Positions 1 through 13,020 of a stretch of 64,000 bases of DNA are shown here, in pieces; positions within the stretch are counted from its first letter, which is position 1; the number at the start of each line of letters is the position of its first letter. The notes under the pieces are model-generated. The model saw only the letters and a program-made list of their open reading frames with translations. It searched no databases and was not told where the DNA came from. The DNA lies in assembly GCF_006345805.1 (NCBI RefSeq), contig NC_043004.1:90396001-90460000 (forward strand), in the 5' to 3' direction. This stretch comes from Octopus sinensis. Its lineage: Eukaryota. The translations under genes and the position numbers were made by a program.

Positions 1-150
1 ACAAACTGTCTAGGGGACGCAACTCCACCTTTTTTAACTCTCAAAAAAATTTACCATCATTTTTTCCCATTTTTTTTGCTATTTTTTGGCTAAAAATGCT
101 TTATAGTTATTTCCCTTACAAACTTGAGCAACGCCGGGCGATACTGCTAG
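1..150 (+). mobile_element. Helitron-type non-autonomous element, 3' end
   Basis: Degenerate hairpin cttg-agcaacgc-cggg followed by CTAG|T at 147-151; same architecture as the clearer end at 53200-53232. Confidence 0.45.
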
Positions 151-904
151 TAATTAGATAAAAACATTCCGGGGGTTGTCTCCTATACTCTATCTAATAG
201 AACGTTTGCCATTGACGATCATTGTGACTAATATTGTTTTTATTTTCCTCCACCACAAAATTATTCCTTGTTAGCCTTTTAATGCTCAATGCATTAAACA
301 TGTTAACACTAATGAAATAACAAGGAGTTCTCATTGACGATGTTTTATTATCGACCTCCTCTCTTCCCCCTTGCTCGCTGGAAGGTGTAAAGGGATGTAA
401 CTAAACACCATAATGCTCTTTATCCATCACTCTACTCGGTATACCACTATTCCACCACCACCGCTGCTACCGGCGCCACCACCACCATCGTCTTATAATT
501 AACAAATCACTAAGCACTACTAATGATGGCATCAACCTTGTTCCTGATTTCTTCAGATCTTTCTTTCGTGATTTTGGTAATGAGATAGTCGGTGGGACTA
601 ATTCTAAGGGCCTTCTTGCAACACTTGGTTCTCTCTCTGTAATGTTCGATTGGACTCTTTTTTCTCCGATTAAGTGATGAGTTAATAAATGACACCACTC
701 AGATCCCACCCCCCCAAAACCCCTCCATCTTTCATCTCATATATATATATATATATATATTGTATAGAGGGCATTATTACACATAAATGCCACACGCTAA
801 GAGGGACATAAGTCATTACTACCCAAATTTAACTAATCATTAAGATTCCTTATTAAGATTTTATCCTTAATTGTTAAATATATATATATATATATATATA
901 GTAC

Positions 905-935
<31 letters not shown>

Positions 936-1208
936 CATGTACGTGTATTTATACGCACTCCTCTATTATCCGTCTTTCGTTTCCTCAATCTCTCTCTTCC
1001 CGAAATATGCTTCTATCATTTCTAAACTCCCCACCATTTGTATTTTATCTGATCCTAGAAGGTAACACACACCGTGACTTCTTCTATGTTAAATGTTCAA
1101 ATACAGATGTAATACTACTATCACTCACTACATTTCGTTTGTTCTGTCTTTACATTCCTTCTTCCCTTTCTCTTTTAATCTGACCTGGATTTTCATTTTT
1201 ACTTCTAT

Positions 1209-1243
<35 letters not shown>

Positions 1244-1730
1244 GTAATATAATTCATCTCCCCCCGTCTCGCCCTCCACTCTCTTCATTTCCTTCCAAAC
1301 ACCATTGGCCAAATGAAGGAATGTAGTAGTAGTCGTCACTGCAGCTGCTTTCTTTATCGGGAGAGATGTGTTATCGCAACAACATCGCTATCTCTTCTCA
1401 CAATCACTACAACTCCGTACCTTCTCCCATGATATACGTACATACATATTTACACACACTCACACACACACACACACTAGCGCGCGCATCTAGATATCAT
1501 ATGTAACAGCCTTTTTATTGAAATCTTTAACAACACCCCCCCCTACACACACAGATTGATAAGGAAGCACTTGATTCCGTGATCAAGGAAGTAAAACTCT
1601 AAAGCGACTTCAATACTCGACATATTGACGAATATAGACCGGATAATTCTATTTTAACATATCTATTTGTTTTAATAAAGGAGCTATAGTTTCACCATAT
1701 GATATAGTTCTTCACACACACACTCACACA

Positions 1731-2070
1731 GCTGTATGGTAAGAAGTTTGCATCCTAACCACATGGTTCCGGGTTCAGTCCCTCTGCGTGGTACCTTGGG
1801 CAACTGTCTACTATAGCCTCGGGCCGACCAAAGCCTTTATGAGTGGATTTGGTAGACGGAAACTGAAAGAAGCCCGTCCTGTGTGTGTTTACGTGTCCAT
1901 CGCCGCTTGACCACCGGTGTTGGTTTCTTTACGTCCCCGTTATTTAACGGTTCGGCATAAGAGTCCGGTAGAATTATTATTATCAAGTCGAGTCGTTCGA
2001 CTAAAAATTCTTTAAGCTGCTGCCCCAGAAATGTCCGCAGTCCAATGACTGAAGCAAGTAAAATAGAAGA
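1731..2070 (+). mobile_element. SINE-A (tRNA-head SINE), diverged copy
   Basis: Head ..gctgtatggtaag / GGGTTCAGTCCC B-box, core ccttgggcaa...gtggatttggtagacggaaactgaaagaagcc, and aagtaaaa tail. Confidence 0.8.
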
Positions 2071-2395
2071 TGCACGTTTCCATACTTAAACGTATACACC
2101 GATTCTTTTTGTAGATGTCTACTACACACACTATAATTGTGTTCGCGCAGCTCTTAAACACGACCGTCACTTTCTCCACCATGTCAAACCAACTGACTTC
2201 TCTCAAACAGTTTCTTCAACCTATCCGCTTACTTTAATGTAAAGATGATGCGAGTATGGATATCTCTTTGTCCCCGCCGCTCCCTCTTTCTCTCTCTCTC
2301 TCTCGATATATATATATATATATGCATGTATATATACATGTAGATGTAGGTACGTACATATATGTTTGTATGTATGCATATATTTTTATTTATCT

Positions 2396-2474
<79 letters not shown>

Positions 2475-2791
2475 TATGCCTGTCTGTCTACCTAACCACA
2501 AATAAATTGTAAACAATAGATATTAAATTTTTGTAATTTATTTGAGGCCCAATTCTTTCCATGTGTTTAGCTCGCAACGGCATAACCATAGCACCAACTA
2601 CCTGTTGAAGCGTTGTGCACTCTGTGATTAAATTGTCTTAGGATCATGTGCGTCCATCTACCGTGCATATGTTATATAGATCGTGGTGAGATAGTTATGA
2701 AGATGTGTTAAATGATAAAAGGCGTTAGTGTTGAAAACGTACGTACACACATACATACATACGACTACCACCATCCTTCAATTATCATCAT

Positions 2792-3136
2792 AGGCGCAGG
2801 CGTGGTTGTGTGGTAAAAAACTCGCTTCCCAATTACATGGTTCCGAGTTCAGTCCCACTGCGTGGCACCTAACCAAATCCTTGTGAGTGGATTTGGTTGA
2901 TGGAAACTGAAAGAAGCCCATCGTGTATATCTACATATGTCAGTATTTATCTCCCCTCCATCGCTTGACAACCGGTGTTGGTGTGTTCACGACCCCATAA
3001 ATTAGTGGTTTGACAAAAGAGACCAATAGAATAAGTTCTAGTCTTTAAAAAAAAAATGTCCTCGGGTCGTTTTGCTTGACTAAAACCCTCACGGAGGTGC
3101 CCAATCATGGCCACAGCCAAATGACTAAAACCAGTG
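2792..3136 (+). mobile_element. SINE-A, diverged copy
   Basis: aggcgcaggcgtggttgtgtggt head, B-box, core and 3' region shared with other copies. Confidence 0.8.
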
Positions 3137-3377
3137 AGATACATTGTGTGTATGTGTGGTTTGTTGTTGTAGAAGTGGGATTTGCAAAACAAGTATATTT
3201 TAAAATGCCACTCATCATTAATATAGAATGCTCATTAGGTACCTTGCCCATTTACGTGTGTGTGTGTGTGTGATATGTATCCATTTACTGACATAGTTTT
3301 GGGTTTTTAAAACTTTTTTACTTTTCCTTTTTAATAAATTTTCATTATACAGAAAAAAATGTTTGATTGCGTTATAT

Positions 3378-3433
<56 letters not shown>

Positions 3434-3539
3434 ATATATAAGTTCAGCAAAAATTTAGATTCAAATGAATATGGTACTTAATTTAGATGCACCAGAATTT
3501 TGTGTGGTGTTATCCATAAAAATCCGTGGGGTGATTATA

Positions 3540-3602
3540 ATCAAAATAAGCAACAAGAATGACTCCGATCGTACCAAATTCATTCTTGTTGCTTATTTTG
3601 AT
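3540..3602. repeat. Perfect 23-bp inverted repeat with 17-nt loop
   Basis: ATCAAAATAAGCAACAAGAATGA / TCATTCTTGTTGCTTATTTTGAT. Confidence 0.95.
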
Positions 3603-3752
3603 ATATATATATATATATATATGTAGGTAGGTAGGTCCCGGGTTGAGTCGGAGTTAACCACAGTAAATAAGGTACTCAATACATAGCAGAGTATATTAAT
3701 TTATTTTATAGAAGACCTGTAGTCCTGTAGAAGCTCCTTCTATAAAATAAAA

Positions 3753-3762
3753 ATATATATAT

Positions 3763-3844
<82 letters not shown>

Positions 3845-3845
3845 C
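3753..3845. repeat. (TA)n microsatellite, representative of many TA/CA/CT arrays (e.g. 739-760, 878-928, 1211-1241, 2400-2472, 15349-15445, 16411-16471, 45531-45619)
   Basis: Read directly from the sequence. Confidence 0.98.
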
Positions 3846-4304
3846 TGTTCTACATATGCGTTTAAAGGGAATGTAAATTATCTTGCATGGCATGGATTTA
3901 CCAGTTGGCCTGCTTATATATGGCTCTCACAGACATTTATATGTATACTGGACAGAGAACAGGTGCTCCTATCAAGTAAACAAGGAAATGCGTGCACATC
4001 ATGAGATGATTGCAAATATTGTCATGCGAATTATTAAATGAATTTAGGGCTGTTATTATTAATGTTTGAATTTGTTTCATTTGCATTTTTTTTCTTGTCG
4101 AGTAAGGCCTATAATTATAAAGCTTTCCATTGGTGATCGTCTCGTGTTAAGTATTTTTTTTTTACCTATGACTATATTATCTAGCGTGCTGCCCCCATCC
4201 ACTTAATACAATAGGGTATGAACTGGTGGGTGAATTGACTGCTACTTCTAGCATATTCAGCGTGGGAGATGTGGGAGATGTCATATCTTCTTGTCACAGC
4301 TGGG

Positions 4305-4350
<46 letters not shown>

Positions 4351-4394
4351 CCAGTGTCTCCCTCTTCCTCCTCTCTCCTTCCACATATATACTT

Positions 4395-4605
4395 TTTTAC
4401 TCTAGGTATGAGGCCCGAAATTTTTGGGAAGGGGGCCAGTCGATTAGATCGACCCCAGTACGCAACAGGTGCTTAATTTATTGCCCCCGAAAAGATGAAA
4501 GGCAAAGTTGACTTCGGCGGAATTTGAACTCAGAACGTAACAGCAGACGAAATACAGCTACGCATTTCGCCCGGCATGCTAACGTTTCTGCCAGCTCGCC
4601 GCCTT
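4395..4605 (-). mobile_element. SINE-B-related tRNA-head SINE (alternative 3' end)
   Basis: Reverse complement reads ggcggcgagctggcagaaacgttagc...GAGTTCAAATTCC, then a different tail from other SINE-B copies. Confidence 0.8.
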
Positions 4606-4808
4606 TCCCTCCGCATATATAGGCGTAGGCATGGATGTGTGGTTATGAAGTTCACTTCCCACTCACATGGTTTTTGGTTCAGTCTTACTACATGACAATT
4701 TGGGCCTTGTGAATAGATTCGGTCAACAGAAACGGAAAAGAAACCTGTTGCAGTCGTCATTTAATGTCTGTATTATTTCAGCCCGCATGGGCTTGGCATA
4801 ATATATAC

Positions 4809-5199
4809 TATTTCTTTACTACCCACAAGGAGCTCAACACAGAGGGGACAAACAAGGACAGACAAACTGATTAAGTTGATTATATCGACCCCAGTATGTA
4901 ACTGATACTTATTTAATCGACCCCGAAAGGATGAAAGGCAAAGTGGACCTTGGCGGAATTTGAACTCGGAACGTAGTGGCAGACAAAATACCTATTTCTT
5001 TATTACCCACAAGGGGCTAAACACAGAGGGGACAAACAAGGACAGACAAACGGATTAAGTCGATTACATCGACCCCAGTGCGTAACTGGTACTTAATTTA
5101 TCGACCCCGAAAGGATGAAAGGCAAAGTGGACCTCGGTGGAATTTGAACTCAGAACGTAGCGGCAGACGAAATACCGCTAGGCATTTCGCCTGACGTGA
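4809..5199 (-). mobile_element. SINE-B tandem dimer, 5'-truncated
   Basis: Two units of about 190 bp joined at AATACC (4987-4992); a 12-bp TSD CATAATATATAC (4797-4808 and 5200-5211) flanks the pair. Confidence 0.9.
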
Positions 5200-5609
5200 C
5201 ATAATATATACACGTATACATGCGTTCATGTGTGTCTGTGTGTGTATTTAACTTCTACTCCACTCCAAATAATGTGAGCTACAGGCAGTGATGCTATTGT
5301 CATTTCTCACATCAATATATCATCCACCAACTTTGTGCCTTCCAGAGACGTTTCAAATAAGAGATCTCTTACTTGTAGAGCAACTGTTTGCGAAAGGAAG
5401 GGCACCTGGCTGTAAAACAATGCCTCACTAATACATTCTTCTAACATCCGTGCTAACATAGGCATATATATATATATATATATTTATTAAAATTGAAGCT
5501 GAGAGCTTATCCTGCAACAGAAGTTGCAGCGAGATCACAATGGCAGGCTCTCAACTTCACTTTTAATGATAATAGAAACAAAATATAATAATAATAATAA
5601 AAACAAAAC

Positions 5610-6094
5610 AGGTGCAGGAGTGGCTGTATGGTAAGTAGCTTGCTAACCAACCACATGGTTCCGGGTTCAGTCCCGCTGTGTGGCATCTTGGGCAAGTGTC
5701 TTCTGCTATTGCCCCGGGCCGACCAATGCCTTGTGAGTGGATCTGGTAGACGGAAACTGAAAGAAGCCTGTTGTATATATGTGTATATGTATGTATGTAT
5801 GTATGTATGCATGCATGCATGTATATATATATATATGTATGCATGTATATATATGTATGCATGTATATATATATGTATGTATGTATGTGTGTTTGTGTCT
5901 GTGTTTGTCCCCCTAGCATTGCTTGACAACTGATGCTGGTGTGTTTACGTCCCCGTCCGTCACTTAGCGGTTCGGCAAAAGAAACCGATAGAATAAGTAC
6001 TGGGCTTACAAAGAATAAGTCTCGGGGTCGATTTGCTTGACTAAAGGCGATGCTCCAGCATGGTCGCAGTCAAATGACTGAAACAAGTAAAAGA
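5610..6094 (+). mobile_element. SINE-A with expanded internal TA/TG microsatellite
   Basis: A-box TGGCTGTATGG, B-box GGGTTCAGTCCC; full body through gaaacaagtaaaagag. Confidence 0.9.
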
Positions 6095-6572
6095 GAGACG
6101 AGAGAGAGAGAGATATCCGCTACCACATGTTTTGAGCGTTCCTTTCTCATTCTTCCAGCATGAAGCAACATAAGTGTGTGTGTGTGTATGTGTGTCCGTG
6201 TCCCTCTACATATATGGAGCTTATTGGTCAGGTTTTTCTTGCATGCTCTCTCTCTCACCCATTCTTTCTCTGATTTATATATTATACACACACACACAAC
6301 ACACACAAATTGGTAAAGTCATTAGTGTCAGATAAAAATGCCTTAGGGTATTTCATTTAGCCGTTTTCACTTTGAGTTCAAATCCAGCTGAGATGAACTT
6401 TGCTCTTTTTTTCTCCTTTGGTGTTGATAAATAAACACCAGACAGGGTTTCTGCAATCTTTATTTCTCTTTTTCCTTTGGAAGACACCTGCTGTAGTTGA
6501 GCTTGATGAAGGGTGAGCTCTACCAGTTTGATACGGAATGCATGCTCTATGTAATGATCTGTGCTATTTTAA

Positions 6573-6838
6573 ACCCTATAATATTCAGACTACTCTGTCA
6601 GATGTAACGCGTATTTATTCACATTGTTTTGAATAAATCCTGCGTTAATCTTGCAGCTTTGAAATATTGAATAGGCGCAGGAGTGGCTTTGTGGTAAGTA
6701 GCTTGTGTACCAACCACATGGTTCCGGGTTCAGTCTCACTGCGTGGCACCTTGGGCATGTGTCTTCTACTATAGCCTCAGGCCGACCAATACCTTGTGAG
6801 TGGATTTGGTAGACGGAAACTGAAAGAAGCCCGTCGTA

Positions 6839-6889
<51 letters not shown>

Positions 6890-7227
6890 GTATGTATGTG
6901 TGTGTGTGTGTCTGTGTTTGTCCCCCTAGCATTGCTTGACAACCGATGCTGGTGTGTTTATGTCCCCATTACTTAGCGGTTCGGCAAAAGAGACCGATAG
7001 AATAAGTACTGGGCTTACAAAAGAATAAGTCCCGGGGTCGAGTTGCTCGATTAAAGGCGGTGCTCCAGCATGGCCGCAGTCAAATGGCTGAAACAAGTAA
7101 AAGAGTATGATGTAATTGTTTATTTTTAGAATGACATTGTAGAGTAGGTGTGAGAGGCTGGATCTGACCAGTTTGAACATAAAATAGAATATTTGGGCCT
7201 GATATGGTCAGTTTAAATGCTAAAGGG
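6573..7227. mobile_element. piggyBac-type MITE family A, interrupted by SINE-A
   Basis: Right end ctaaaggg|TTAA; left end degenerate; internal sequence matches the intact copies. Confidence 0.75.
6673..7107 (+). mobile_element. SINE-A inserted into a piggyBac-type MITE-A
   Basis: Full-length body; MITE-A halves lie at 6573-6672 and 7108-7227. Confidence 0.9.
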
Positions 7228-7375
7228 TTAAGGTAGGTGGATGTGATGAGTGCTGCAGCACTTGTGCCTAGGGAATCCATGAATCATTTAATAGAAATTA
7301 TATATCAATGGAGATGGAGCCCACTTTAGTCAAGTACATGAGCTTGGATGCATGTATATGATATTGTATATAGAT

Positions 7376-7760
7376 AGGAGTGGCTGTGTGGTAAGTAGCT
7401 TGTTTACCAACCACATGGTTCCGGGTTCAGTCCCACTGCGTGGCACCTTGGGCAAGTGTCTTCTACTATAGCCTCGGGCCGACCAATTCCTTATGAGTGG
7501 ATTTGGTAGCCCGTTGTATATATGTATATATGCATGTGTGTGTTTGTGTGTCTGTGTTTGTCCCCCTAGCATTGCTTGACAACCGATGCTGGTGTGTTTA
7601 TGTCCCTGTTACTTAGCGGTTCGGCAAAAGAGACCGATAGAATAAGTACTGGGCTTACAAAAAAAAAAACAATAAGTCCCGGGGTCGAGTTGCTCGAGTA
7701 AAGGCGGTGCTCCAGCATGGCCGCAGTCAAATGACTGAAACAAGTAATAGAGTAAAAGAG
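7376..7760 (+). mobile_element. SINE-A (internal deletion)
   Basis: Head, B-box, core and aagtaatagagtaaaagag tail. Confidence 0.9.
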
Positions 7761-7811
7761 ATATATATATACCAAGATATAAAAAGTAAATGTGTATTTT
7801 TTTTCCAATTT

Positions 7812-8195
7812 CTTTTTTCTTTTTGTTTCAGTCATTTGACTGTGGCCATGCTGGAGCACTGCCTTTAGTCGAGTAAATTGACCCCAGTACTTATTCTTTG
7901 TAAGCCTAATACTTATTCTATCGGTTTCTTTTGCCGAACCACTAAGTTACGGGGACGTAAACACATCATCAGTTGTCAAGCGATGATGGGGGGGGGGACA
8001 AACACACACATACACACATATGTATACACACATACATACATGACAGACTTCTTTCAGTTTCCGTCTCCCAGAATCAACCTACAAGGCTTTGGTCAGCCCA
8101 AGGCTATAGTAGAAGACACTTGCCCAAGGTAGGACTGAACTCAGAACCATGTGGTTAGTAAGCAAGCTACTTAACACACAGCCACTCCTGCACCT
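7812..8195 (-). mobile_element. SINE-A, inverted relative to 7376-7760
   Basis: Reverse complement of the family consensus, ending at ...cagccactcctgcacct. Confidence 0.85.
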
Positions 8196-10574
8196 AACTT
8201 TTTTTTAATATATAGCCATGTTTCAATGAAACTATTATTTATCCCATCTGTAAAATAACAGGCCATCTACTTTGTGTGTGAGCATGTGTTGATGGATACG
8301 TATGCTTATATTAGATGTGTGTGTAGAATCAGTTCACACAATCCTCAAGTCCCAAACTTTGGTTGACAGTCACACAGACTCTTATATTTGTAATTAGACT
8401 AATTATACATTGATTGAAAGCACACAAAATACATGGTCAGTGTGAATCATGAGGTTACTTTTGTGTCACTGTGACCTGTAAAAGTTTAGGGTTTAAAAAG
8501 CCATAGCCTTACTACTGTAAGTTCTTGTATGTTATTAAAGCAGTTACATACAATTAAGTGTAAGACAAACCTTACAAAATTGAAGAGACTGTTTTTAGCA
8601 AAATAAATATTAAAAAAATAAAACTTGAAGTAAAAGAGTATAAAAAGAAATGAACTATAAAAATACTGCAAAAGAAAATCAGGTGCATTTTTATTTTTCA
8701 TTTCAAAAATCTAAAGTATCTTAAAAATTAAAAATCAAAAATTGAATACTTAAAACCACTTTTAAAAAAAAAATCATTTAAAAAAAAAAAAACTTGATTA
8801 GATACGTAACCCTTCTTGTGATTAAAGCATTATTGGACTATAAAACTGCAGTGAATGTAATATGAAAGATTCTCTTAAATGAAATAAATACTATATTGTA
8901 AAAGGATTGAAAAGTTTATCCTTACAGAATTTAGTAAATACTAGTATTATAACCAGATTTCATTCGGGTCTACTTGGGCCACATTTTAAAGATAAGGAAT
9001 TTTGCCCTAGAGGCCACACCTTTCAATTGAGCAAACTCAAAGTTGTCATGCAAACTCCCCAGCACTTTTAACATAGATGTGCAAATTTTCAGGTCAATCT
9101 GACCACATTTACTAACACTTTTGCCTGCACAACTGCTTGTGAGACAACGTCTGCCCTTTTCACAAATATATAGTAGATTATATCTGTAGAACAGATGTAA
9201 AATCAAATATTCAAATCCCAAGTATACTACATTTTGTTTTTAGTAAAAATTGCTGCTTCTATCAGATTCTCCTTTGTACAAAGCCTCAAACCAGGATTAT
9301 TTTATCAAATTAGTATCTGAAATTCACCAACTTACTTTTTATGAGACATATGCACATGTGTAGTTGGGTTTATTTAAACAAAGTGGTCATGTTCCTAAGT
9401 TACATTGTAATAAGGATGTATGACTTAGCAAAAAAAAAAATCTTGATTGTTGAATGGACAGGTGCTTTGGAAAGACAATATAGAGCAGTTATTACATGAA
9501 GCACAAGAGTGTAGTGTACAATTTTTTAGTAAATACAAGACAATTCTCATTTCCTTTCTCCTCACTTTTCCATCTGTCTCTCTTTTTACCTTTCGTAAAA
9601 AGTACAGATATAAAGACAACTTCATATCATCAAAAGTAATTTTGTACTAAATTTTTAAGGCGTGTGTGCGGCTTGTAAATTAGCAAAGGTCATTTTTCTC
9701 ATAAAGCAGGACAGTATGGTTTCTATGGCTCAGTGCCTTTCTTATCCACAATTAATTTACTGATTGTATTTGGTGAATTTTATCATGAGATCTGCATTAG
9801 GGAGGTTGTTATGTTCTTGACAAAATATACCAAGGAAGCCTTCCAACTGTTTTCTTTGCTGTTATACAGGGAACCTTCATTAAATCTTACTCTGTTAAGC
9901 CGGTAAATTGTATATTGTCGAGCTGGATATTGGATAAAGCAGATGGAATTTGAGTTAGAGAGTAGCTATCAGTATTAGTGTATATGTTGCAGGTGTTCTA
10001 GGTGAACATTGTACACTCTCCAAAGAAGGTAAATTTATCAAATATTAAGTAAGCTCAATAATATAATAGGGAGCTAATTTTTCTGTCCCCTCTCTAAGAT
10101 ATATACTGCTTCTTTCCAGCATCCTTAACTACTTGGCCTCTTAATTTACCTACTATTTAAATCTATTTGCCCCTTAAACTCATTGCTGTATTCTATCTAT
10201 ATTCAGTCGGTCACTTATATATGATATACTCTTCTATATTTGCTTCACACTCCACTCTAATAGGCCATAAGTTTTCGTGGTGAGAAGTTGATTGTATAAA
10301 CCTGAAAAATTTAGTTACTGAATCTGATATGTTTTAGAATAATTTAGTTGAATTGAAGTATTGTGAAGTATTTTGATATGATCTGGCTGTAATTCTTATC
10401 AAATTAAAAATTATGCACTTAAGAACAAAGATAAAATCGGATTGAATTAGCTTGAAGCTTGTATTTTAATTATGTCGGAACATTTGGTTCAACATGGTAG
10501 CATAGTGCACACAATATGACAGCAACCTACATATGCAACGCAACATAACTTGTGTTACTGTACAATTTAGGGAG

Positions 10575-11360
10575 AGTAGTAATCTAAAGAAAAAGCATCT
10601 GTGAGTTAGAAAATGGAACTTACAAAAAAGTTAGTGGCTGGTGCTTTGGTAGCACGTTTGTGAAGAGCTTGATGTCAGAAAGCAAACTGTTTTGGACATA
10701 AGAGAAGATAAGAAATTGTTGCATTTTCTTTGAAAGATAATATTGATGTAAATTCTGAATCATCATATGTTGGCATGAAGCATATGAAAGATGCAAAAAA
10801 TACAGATCTTGAGAAAGAAATGAAATGGTTTACCCAACAGTGATTCTGTTGTGTAGAGATTCAGTATCATTGCAAAGCTAGCAAGGTATATGAGCCTCAA
10901 GAACTTTGAAGATAGTGACTTATCACCCATGATGAAACCAGAAATGCATTTGCCAAGGAAACAAACACTTCAAGAAGTGGTTAAACGACTTGTGGAACTA
11001 GGTTGTATTGGTGATTGCTGTCCCCAAATTTTCTGCTGATTTGGGTTAGTGTCCACACTGTCCACCCTGATGGTCACCAGCTTGTGTGTGATTATGCTGA
11101 AATAAAGTGCATTTTTACCACTCAGTCCAGTCAATGGATCAGTGTATAACTGTAATCTGCGAGAAATTACAGCAACAAAGATATTTGGATGAAGTTCTTG
11201 TGGTCATAGTAGAGGCTGACCTATGAGAAGACATGAAGATAGGGAACTGTCAGTAACATCAAGTGCTATAACTTCAAGTTTGCAATATTCAGTTTAGTAG
11301 CTTCATGGAAGGTCCTAAAGATAATCATTCTAGCCATCTCTGAAAATAATTTCTAGATGG
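10575..11360 (+). pseudogene. Decayed pogo/Tigger (TIGD/Jerky-like) transposase
   Basis: Frameshifted pieces KKKHL..KMELTKKLVAGALVARL/CEELDVRKQTVLDIR/..KHMKDAKNTDLEKEMKWFTQQ (CENP-B-type HTH) and QSMDQ...QRYLDEVLVVIVE (DDE_1 region). Confidence 0.75.
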
Positions 11361-13020
11361 TGTATTGGTAGAATACAGTTTTGTGGAGTTCAAGACAAAG
11401 TAAAGTAAAAAGACTTCCTCTGGTGATGAATGACCATGGGATTGCACCTAGAAAGTTACCCTTCAAGGCACATGCCAAGCAAGGTTGTTTTTTTATGGAA
11501 GACCAGCAATGTGAAATAAAGTGTCTTGCTCAAGAACACAATACAGAGCCTGGTCCAGGAATCAAACCCACTACCTCGTGTTTCTGACCACAATGCTCTA
11601 ACCACTGAGCCTCCTTCACTGGTATTCTCATTGGGCAGATGAAATGTATTCTCAGAGGGCAGATGAAATACATGTCAAAGAAGAGGAGTTCAGAACATGG
11701 CTGGAAGACACATACCAAGTGTTAATAGAAGAAATAGCAGATGAAGTATTATACATTTTTCTTCATCATTTAGCGTGCTTGTTCCATGCTGGCATGGGTT
11801 GGATGTTTTGACAGGATCTGATGGGTCCATTGCCTGCATTGAGCTCCAATGTCTACTTTGCATAGTTTCTGTGACTCAATGGCCTTCCTAACAGTAATCA
11901 GTTTACAGTGTGTGCTAGCTGTTTTTTTCATGGCACTAGCATTAGTGGAGTTGCCTTGTAGCTTGTAAATCTACAATCCCTGAGAGAAGTGGCTTGGAGA
12001 TGTGGAGTTAAAGCATGAGATAAGGGACTGAAGCAGGACAAGTTTTTTTACTGCAGCTTTACTACACGGCTATGTGCATTTTAGAAGATGGAAAGGGTGA
12101 TTGTTGTGGAACATGGAAGAGATAAAAAAAATAGTGATCAGCAACTGATATTCAGCAATATTGTTAACATCTTAGAGCCTTAAGGAAACTCATTACCTAA
12201 AAGTAGCATCAACAAAGTAAAGAACTAAGTCGTTCTCCTAGCCAGTTCATCTCAACTCTGCTGCAGGTATTGAACCTGCCAATGAAATTGATGGCCCCTG
12301 TTTGCTCAGTCCCATCTCAATCACATCACACTTCTCTGAGTGGGAGGAAAAACCATTGAACATAATAGCCCAACTAGCTCATGATAATCTCTTCCATATC
12401 TTTCCTTTCAACTTCTTTGTCATCTATCACAGGCAAATGAAATTAGCAATTTATAGCATTTTTAATCTTGACGTACTGTAAGGCTAATTTTATAACATTT
12501 ATATTTGCTTTTTATAGTTAAATGTTTTACGGCAATTTCTGTAATTTTGTTACTGTTCATCAAGTTCCACCACCCAGTGTCTATATTTCCAATATTGTAT
12601 ATGTATACAATATTAATCACAACATTCACCTAGCTTGGGCAGTTGGCTCAGTTTAATGAAGAATCTCTGCATGTGATCATCATTTAATGACCCCCTTTTT
12701 CCATGCCAGCAGGTGTTGAATGGTTCAACAGGAACCAATTAGCAAAAGGGCTGTGCTGAGCTCCAGTGTCTTCTTTGGCATGATTTCTACAGCTAAGTGC
12801 CCTTCCTAGTGCCAACCACTTCACAGAGTGTATTGGGATAATATTGAAAGATGTGAGAACATGAACGAGGAACAGGTGGAAAGAGTCAGATATGGTGGGG
12901 GCATACCCTCAAGGTACAATGGATATTTACAAGAGAAAGTGAGAATAGGGATAGAGGAACAGAAAAGGTGGGTGGGTTGATAAGTGTGCAAGAGTGTAAA
13001 AAGAGTGTGATGATGATGAT

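Noticed and set aside
467-709. Overlapping minus-strand ORFs with protein-like composition
   Set aside because: No ATG start, no polypyrimidine acceptor and no family I recognise; cannot be supported without a search.
5507-5933. Recurrent ORFs such as MLGGQTQTH...RHWSARGYSRRHLPK (also 7330, 22782, 26411, 28625, 29440)
   Set aside because: They are translations of SINE-A and its microsatellite, not a gene family.
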